From: Vitrella brassicaformis CCMP3155
Taxonomy: Eukaryota > Protista > Chromerida
Reading direction: 5' to 3'
NCBI GenBank assembly: GCA_001179505.1
Contig: CDMY01000683.1
Coordinates: 1 to 31,059, forward strand
Length of the DNA stretch: 31,059 nucleotides
Part shown: in pieces, positions 23,403-31,059 of the stretch
How positions within the stretch are numbered: the stretch's first letter is position 1
Layout: every line of letters begins with the position of its first letter
Translations under genes and position numbers: made by a program
The notes under the pieces: generated by a model
Told to the model about the DNA's origin: nothing
The model's database searches: none
What the model saw: only the letters and a program-made list of their open reading frames with translations

Positions 23403-23638
23403 TGTTTGGGCATCTCCCAGGCATTCCGCGCGGCCCCGCTGTCAGCAAAACGCCCCAAAAAGGGAAGAGATTCTGCAAGCCAAGCTCGCAGACCGATGCA
23501 GCGGGCGGTGGGGGGCCCGAGCTCTCAAGCCACTCAGTGAAGAAGGTAAAGGGACGGAAGGGGGGCAAGCGAAGCATGAAAAGTGCTGAAAAGAGCTGTC
23601 GTGTCTGATCTGTGCGGCGGCAGCAGATAGCTCACGCA

Positions 23639-24787
23639 ATGCCTGAGACCCTCAAGACACTCCCGATGCAGCCCACTGGTGCGGCGCCCTCGTCCCGTCC
23701 CCCCAGCCCTGCCCTCTTCCAGCCCGCCGACCTCTTTGACCTGTCATTGCCCATCAGCAAGATGGCCGCCATGGCCATGGCGACTGACGAGGCCAAACGA
23801 GCCGCTCTCCGCTCGCAGCTCGCCACCCGCACTCGGCAACAGGAGCTGCTGGGCCACACTGCGGAGACCGTCAACAGCACCCTGCTCAACGCCGTCGAGC
23901 AGCACATCGAGAAGGCCCTCAATCGTCTCGGCCTGGCGGACGTGTTGGCCTTTGACATTGGCGGTGATGTGGAGGCCGGCTTGAAGGCGGTCTATGTGCT
24001 GGAGCGGGGCAGTGGCGAGGAGTGGCGGGTGATGGGGCGGTTCCTTCGGATGGCCTTCATCTACCGGCTCACCCCCAACACGACGCGGCCTCTCCGTCTG
24101 TCGGCCGACTCGCTGCCCACAGGAACGGCCTTCCACCAGCTGCCCCTCACCATGGCCATCTACAAGATCATCGGACAGCAGCTCACATACGCAGGGACCA
24201 GCCTGGTGCTGCAGCAGGCCGACAATGGGGCCTATCGAATCGGCAATCAGTTCTTTCGTGTGGTGTCATTGGGTGAGCTGCCGATGGGCTATCGCTATGC
24301 TGAGGGCTACAAGCGGACCGACCTCGCCATCCGACGGGGCGTCAGGCTCTTTCCCTCATTCTCGGCATTCCTGCTGGGCAGGGTGCTCCGCTGGTGGTCG
24401 GATGAAGATGGAGTGGGCGACAAGACGGTTCTCGCTGCTCACGTCTACCGTGGCGACCCTCGCTATGGCCGCCTGCTGACCGACACCATCACGGAGGATT
24501 TGGGCATCGCTATCGATTATCGCGATGACCGGGGCGATCTGAATGATGCTCATCCGATTGACTGCCGTTTTGTGATTGTCAGCGGCTTCCGATGCAACAA
24601 GACCGTGGCTGTTAATCTGAGAGTGGGGTTGGCCGAAATCGTGCTGCGGACGACCGAGGCTTCTGTTGCTGATCGATCTCGGTCACTCGCTGTCCGCTTC
24701 CCCATTTCGGAGCCTCTGTAGCGCCGTCTGCTGCGGCGATTCGAGTTGGAGACCGACGTCATCGACGGGGGGACGGTGGTGGGGTGA
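23639..24787 (+). CDS. Family B copy B3; premature TAG at 24719-24721, 22 codons before the ancestral stop
   Basis: ORF 23612-24721 (first ATG 23639). After the TAG the frame continues RRLLRRFELETDVIDGGTVVG* (TGA 24785-24787), homologous to the B2 tail, where the same codon is TGG. Confidence 0.75.
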
Positions 24788-25088
24788 GCAGTGCTGCTTG
24801 GCGAGTGGCGTCGTGTAGCCGTACGCCGGTGGGGCAGTGTGTGAGTAGTGGAGGGAGACTGAGTGCATCTGAATGGCGGACGTGACTGACTGCATGGCAT
24901 TGCTTTTGTCAATGAGTGAATGGATTGATGACATGATCGCATCTTGTCGAATCAAAGTCGGTTCATTCCACCCGATGCACGTTTGTGAAAAAATGCCCCC
25001 ACACCTATCACGTCCACAAAGTCCACCTGACAAATACTGAACTGGACACACGACCTCCCTCAATCAGCTGTCCATCCATCCACATCAG

Positions 25089-28000
25089 TTAGGCAGCCGA
25101 GAACTGAGTCTTCTTGGCCTGTGCGTGGCAGTGCTGGGCCGTCCTCAGCAGCAGGTCGTTGAAGTCCCGTGTGTGCCGCAGTCTGTCGTCGAGGGCCGCG
25201 TCGTAGAAGTGCTGCTTCTGCTCGGGTGGCAGGAGTGCGTCGGGGAGCTGCTTGAGTGCATCCAGGAAGACCTCCTTGCCCTCAGGCCGGTCCAGCAACG
25301 GGATCAGCGCACTCGACGTTATGCCCACGCCCTGAGGGATGTCTGCACACACAAAGACAGCGGGATGGTGTGAGTGCGTCTGCTCTCTCTCTCTCTCTCT
25401 CTGTCTGTGCGTGTGTCGGTGTCACGTATATGCACCGATGGCTGTCGTGGCGATGACCTTGAGCAGCACCTGGATGACCACAACCAGGCCGCCCTCCTGC
25501 AGTATCAGCCGTGAGGCCGCCTGACGGGCGCCGGCCTCCTCTGCACGGAACGTCTCAGCCGACACGCGAAAGTGGGGCAGCCGGGTCACATCTTAAACAC
25601 AACACCCAGACACATAACACACGGCAATATACACTCATCGAGGGCATTCTGATGTGTGAAAGACTGACATTTCTCGTCGGCGAGCCATGCGTCCAGCCGG
25701 GCGAGAAACAGCAGCATCACGGCACCCAGCTGTCAATCACGACAGACACACAGACACACACGATGCACAGCAGGGGTGGTGTGCGCCCATGTGGCTGGCT
25801 GGCCGACCTTCGGATGTGCACAGTCGGGTAGCATCTCAAAGACGAATCGCAGGAGGGCGGGGAACCACTGAGCGTTGAGGACCTCCTTGGCGAGGGCCGG
25901 GTGGCTGAGCACCAGGCCCTGGTTGAAGCAGTCGATCGACAGACCCACCAGGTCTGGATGACGCAGGTACTGCGTCACCTCGGGCGCCGGCTGGGCACCT
26001 AGTTGACACACACACCGACACACACAATGAGTGCTGTGTCTTTCTCCTGTGTGTGGGTTATGTGTTGTGACGGACTGACCAGTTGTGGGCTGCCTTTGGC
26101 TGAGTGCGACCTCGGCGAGCAGCTGGAGGAGGTCGCGCAGCCCGTGGACCACAGGGGGGTCGAAGGAGCGGCCGAACATGCCGACGATCTGTGGACACAC
26201 ACCAGACAGACAGACAGACAGACATCGACGAGGGAATGGGCGGCAAACAGAGAGGTAGGGGTGTGTTTGCTGACCGATCTGAGAGCCCCCAGGTGGAAGC
26301 ATGTGGGTGTGTTGCGGAAGCTGCTGCCCATCACACGCAGCACCGGGTGAAACAGACTGCGCAAGGGGAACAGACACATGGATGGATTGACAGATACGAC
26401 GATATGGCCATAGTGCAGCTTGCCTTGAGTCCATGGCCTGTTCCCTGGTGTCTGATATGATCTGGGTGATGGCCTGGCACACAGGCTCCATTATCGCCTC
26501 ACTCGACCCTACACACACACACACACACACACATCCATCCATCCATCCACACGAGCATTCTGCCTGCCCGTCTGCTGCCTGACCGTGTTCAGCGAAGAGC
26601 CTCTCCACCAGCGGCCACTCCTTCTCCAGCACTATCAGTGTCGGGTGCGCATTCCGCTGCGCTTCAGACACGCCATTGGCTGCAACCAACACACACAGCA
26701 CCCATGTGTATGCATGACGCGTTGCCCACCACACTGACCTTCCTCTCCCTTTGGCATTGGCGGGTGGGGGGCAGCCCCTGCGCCGCAACACACACCGGCC
26801 AAGTCGCTCCGCACACTTCTGCATCCATCAATTCCATGAGAGAATGGATGGATGGATGGATGGAGACCGACAAACACCATGGGCGGGTGTGCTGACTTGA
26901 GTGCGGTGCAGAAGTGGCGCACGTCATCGACCAGCGACGACCGGCGACCTGCGAGCGACTCGCGGACTAAATCCGCCAACGGCTGCGCACGTACGCACAC
27001 GCACACGGACGCACACGTGTGTGGGGTATATGCCACNNNNNNNNNNNNNNNNNNNNNNNNNNNNNNNNNNNNNNNNNNNNNNNNNNNNNNNNNNNNNNNN
27101 NNNNNNNNNNNNNNNNNNNNNNNNNNNNNNNNNNNNNNNNNNNNNNNNNNNNNNNNNNNNNNNNNNNNNNNNNNNNNNNNNNNNNNNNNNNNNNNNNNNN
27201 NNNNNNNNNNNNNNNNNNNNNNNNNNNNNNNNNNNNNNNNNNNNNNNNNNNNNNNNNNNNNNNNNNNNNNNNNNNNNNNNNNNNNNNNNNNNNNNNNNNN
27301 NNNNNNNNNNNNNNNNNNNNNNNNNNNNNNNNNNNNGGGGGGGGGGGGGGCTGCCTACCTTGACGAGGTGGTAGTGTGTTTCCTCCAGCTTTGGGCGCGA
27401 GAGGTGGCTGATGAGTGTGCCCGCCGACGACACCAATGTGCCCTTCTCCTCACAATCAACATATGTACTGAACACACGGACACACACACGAGTGTATCGT
27501 GTGTGGGTCGTCTGTGTGTCGTCGACCTACCTCATAATGAGCACGGCGAGCGGCTTGAGGGCCCGCAGGATGTCCTCACTCCCGCGCACCGTCATGATTT
27601 CCTGACCTGCACACACACACGCACACGATGGTGGAAGCGATTGTGTGTGTACTGCACGGCCATCTCACCACTTGAGCAGAGAGCCTGTATGGCGCAGACG
27701 CACACGTGCATGCCCGACTCGCGGAGAGACGCATCAGACACCTGACCTCCCACACACATGGATGGATGGATGGATGGATGGCTCCATGCGCACCTGTGCC
27801 TGCCCGAGAAAGGGCATCAACTGCTCGGTGAGTAGGGCGTAAATGGGTGCAAAGAGCTGTGGCATGAGGCCGATGTACCCCGATGTGAAGTAGACCAGCC
27901 GGCTGGCCGTCTGCCGCAGCAGCACCGCTGCCACACCTGAACTGGGGTACGGCAATGACGGAAGCGCCTCCAACGTCTGAAAAAAGTGTCGCACAGATGG

Positions 28001-28673
28001 ATGGATGGATGTACGTGGCGCATGTGGCCGTGCAGACCTGTGGGATGACATTGTCTTCGCCGGCCGGTGCGCGTGGCGCCACGGCCGTCAGCACAAAGAG
28101 ACAGCCCTCAAGCGCCTCCCACGGAGGCAGCACAACACCCTGACAGACAGATAGACAGACAGACAGACAGACACAGACAGCGTGTTGTGTGTCGTGTGTT
28201 GTGTGTGTGGTGGTGTGGTGTGGTGTGGCCCACCTGCCCTGCCCCCTCCTGCTTAAATCTCTCCAGCTGCTGGCCCACTGTGTTGAGGGCGTGGGTGTAG
28301 CCCACCAGCCGGCAGCTCTCCGTCAGCAGAGTGGCACACTCGTCGCGGAACTGATGGAACAGCTGCAGGCACAGCACACCCACACACAAGCACACAGACC
28401 GACCGACACATGAGGAGCCTGCATTGCGCGTGTGTGTGTGTGTCTGACGGTGAACTGGAAGTCTTGTTGTGTTTCGCAGGCCTTGGGGTAGCGCAGCACC
28501 TCCATCAGCACAGACACCATCCTAACCCAACACACACATACACACACGGCTACATTACTCAAGGCGATGAGCCAACGCACCCACTCACTTGGTGAAGAGG
28601 GGCTTGAGGAGCTCCCTGAGCTCTTGCCGAACCGCCGACCGATCGGTGCTCACCAAAGGGATCACCTGCGCCT

Positions 28674-28704
<31 letters not shown>

Positions 28705-30610
28705 CGGTTTTCCCCAAGTCTCTTTGCCTCCGTCTTTGTCCTGTTTTCTTTCCTCTCACCCCTCCCGCAGCGATGCCGATGGCCATTTCGTGCAGCTGCG
28801 GCGTCTGGTGATCCAGCAGGTGGGACCACACTCCCAACGCGCTCGTGGCCACCTCCCAGGGAGACTCACCTGCCACCCGACCGACCAACACAGCCAACAC
28901 ACACAGCCAACACACACACACACACACACATTCGCATGCATACGGATGAATCGATTGTGAGCGAGAGCGAAAGTGACAGCCTGTACCGATTCCCCTGCTG
29001 CCGACGGCCGACATGAAGTGGGTGGCGAGGTCGGCAAGTCGGTCGAGTAGGGGGCGGGATGGCTCGTGGTAGTAGTAGAGATATGGAAAGTGCTCCCGGG
29101 CCAGGGCAGACAGCACCTCGCCTGCACCCACGGCCGTGTGACAGTGTCTGAGTGAGAGCCCAGTCGGCTTGGCTTACATGCCACGAGACAAGCGTCGATA
29201 TTGCTGCCCATCTTCATCTTCTCTCCACCTGCAGCCCACACCCCCACACAGCAGCACGCAAATGTACAATTATCCCCTGGCTGGTCGCCCGCCCGCACCG
29301 ACCTTGTGCCAGAGCTTCCGCGATGGCGAGGACGATTGCCCTGTCAGTGTCAGGGTGGGGCGTCACCTCACGCATGAGCGACAGCACCGCCACACACACA
29401 TCCCCACTGGGACGCAGCAGCGTCTCGTGGCTCGCGCGGATGCCTGACACACACACACACACACAGGGAGGGAGGGAGGGAGGGAGGAAGGGCCGTTCGT
29501 GCATCCGTGTCAGTGAGCCTGTGTGTGTGTATTGGCTCCTTCTGACCTTCGAGTGCGAATCGGAAGAGCGGCGCGTCGGCCATCTCTCGCGCCAGTGGCG
29601 AGGTCCTCACCGGCTGCACCCATCCATCCATCCATCCATGAGCGACATTCCTATGACCATGGCACGCGCACACGGACGTACCTGTGAGTTTGGCGGCGGG
29701 TCGATCTCGTGCGATTTGACGTGTGCGTCGAGCCATGACGACAGCACCCGGAGCGACTTGGCCTGCCGGTGCGGGGCCACCTGCGGATCCACAGGGGCCT
29801 GCACACATTGGAACAACACTCGCATTGTTGCTGCCGCTAGTGGTGGTACCTGGAAGATGGTTGCAGCAGCGTTGAGGGCGACATTGGTCTCCTGCAGTAT
29901 CTTGTGCCGCGCCGCAGCCCGCCTGTCGGGGTCGATGGCTATCTTCCGGTTGAAGAGCTCCTCAGGCAACGCTATCAGGATCTCTGCACCACATGCCACA
30001 CACAACACACATCACAGAAGGCCCCCTCTTGATGCATCCATCACCTCCCCATCTCCCTTAGCTTACCAAGCAGCACGTCGTGGCCCTCAGCCGATGCAGC
30101 CACGGCAGTGATGACGCCTTGCACGAGCTGGTCCATCTGGTCGGCGCAGAAGATGACCAGCGCACATATGGCGAGGCAGAGCTGCCGCACGATGATGGGC
30201 GGGCTGGCGTGGAGGGCCAGTGTGAGCTGCAGGAGGGAGGTCCGGAGAGCGGGGAACGACTCCTTGGCGAACTGGAAACCCGCCTGAGCCAACACAGCTA
30301 TCGTCTGAGCCGCAAAGAAGGCTGCAACCATCACAGACACATTGCTGCATGTCTGACTGACACGTGTGTGTGTGTGTGTTGTGTGCATGCTTGTCTGACC
30401 TGCTTGTTGCTGCATGGGAGTGTTCATTGGCTGCTGCAGTATCTGCTGCGCCACGGGCCAGGCCTGGGGACTCTGCTGGAAACGCTCCAGCCATGCCGAC
30501 GTGGCTGTGGCGTGCTGCGGCTGGGTGTAGAGCTGATGGATCTTGTCAACCACGCTGCCGTATGTGAACTCATCGGCTGGTGCTGCTGGTGAGGGGTGAT
30601 GAGTTGCCAT
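25089..30610 (-). CDS. TNPO3: Transportin-3 / MOS14 / Mtr10-like importin-beta family nuclear import receptor (multi-exon)
   Basis: The N-terminus IHQLYTQP...SAWLERFQQSPQAWPVAQQILQQ, FFAAQTI, LQLTL...IIVRQLCLAICAL, EILIALPEELFNRKIAIDPDRR and WEALEGCLFVLTAVA are hallmarks of the TNPO3/IPO13 branch. The last exon ends ...AKKTQFSAA* at 25089. Probable ATG 30610. TNPO3 versus IPO13 was not formally resolved. Confidence 0.78.
27037..27337. other. Assembly gap (~300 N) inside the transportin gene
   Basis: Run of N; right edge approximate. Confidence 0.95.
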
Positions 30611-31059
30611 CGTTGATAGATCAATGACTCCACATTGCTTCAGATCTCGCTGCCAATGCTTCAGGCGCTTCGAATGCCGCCTTTCTGCCTTTTCGTCGGC
30701 CACGCGAGCTCAAGAGCTTCTGCAACCTGAGACAAGTAAGGCGTGTGCGAAAAGGCCGGTGAGGACCTTTCCTGTAGTTAGCTCAATAGAGGATCTGCTG
30801 GGCGGTAAGTCCCAGAGTAAGAGTGCTCTTACTTTAATAAGACCGATGGACTGGCCAATCAGTCAAAGTTGTTTTCGTCCATGTATGGCATCATGAAGGG
30901 TGGTCAACACAGATCTCACTTCGGTGATGGCTGATAAGATCGTGTCTCCTCAGAATGCTTTCCTTGTCTTTCCTTGTCTTCTCCTCTCTCTCTCCGTTAC
31001 ACAGCAATCTACCCTAGCTCACAAGCTCGCAGTGGTTCGTCTTGCCAAGTTGGCAAACC

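Noticed and set aside
16600-24950. A/B cassettes as an autonomous transposon
   Set aside because: No transposase, reverse transcriptase, integrase or Rep/helicase motif was recognised, and no terminal inverted repeats, LTRs or target-site duplications were found by eye.
25733-30111. ORFs 25733-26824 and 29152-30111 as separate or antisense genes
   Set aside because: They are pieces or antisense shadows of transportin exons and introns.
30624-30896. ORF 30624-30896 and the GTG-started extension to 30703 of the transportin ORF
   Set aside because: No recognisable homology; most likely 5'UTR or promoter of the transportin gene, whose conserved sequence begins after ATG 30610.
1-31059. tRNA, rRNA or CRISPR arrays
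   Set aside because: No cloverleaf, rRNA-like segment or regularly spaced repeat-spacer structure was seen; the repeats are simple microsatellites.

Overview
Eukaryotic, intron-dense, GC-rich DNA whose short introns are full of (CA)n/(TG)n, (GATG)n and (CAGA)n microsatellites. This style suggests a chromerid alveolate such as Vitrella brassicaformis (inference). Three multi-exon genes are present: CFAP74 (minus, 2672-12963), a membrane-anchored or secreted protein of unknown function (plus, 13476-15458) and a transportin-3/MOS14-like importin-beta (minus, 25089-30610). The remaining space holds three copies of a head-to-head cassette made of two lineage-specific gene families, here called A and B. 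A and B look like distant homologues of each other, and their shared upstream region contains a conserved 60-110 bp non-coding element. One A copy is spliced in frame to a CBM25-like starch-binding module, and one B copy begins with an F-box-like motif. Several copies carry frameshifts or nonsense codons. There are two ~300-nt assembly gaps. Most long ORFs in the supplied track are artefacts of microsatellite-rich introns. All alignments and exon calls were made by eye.
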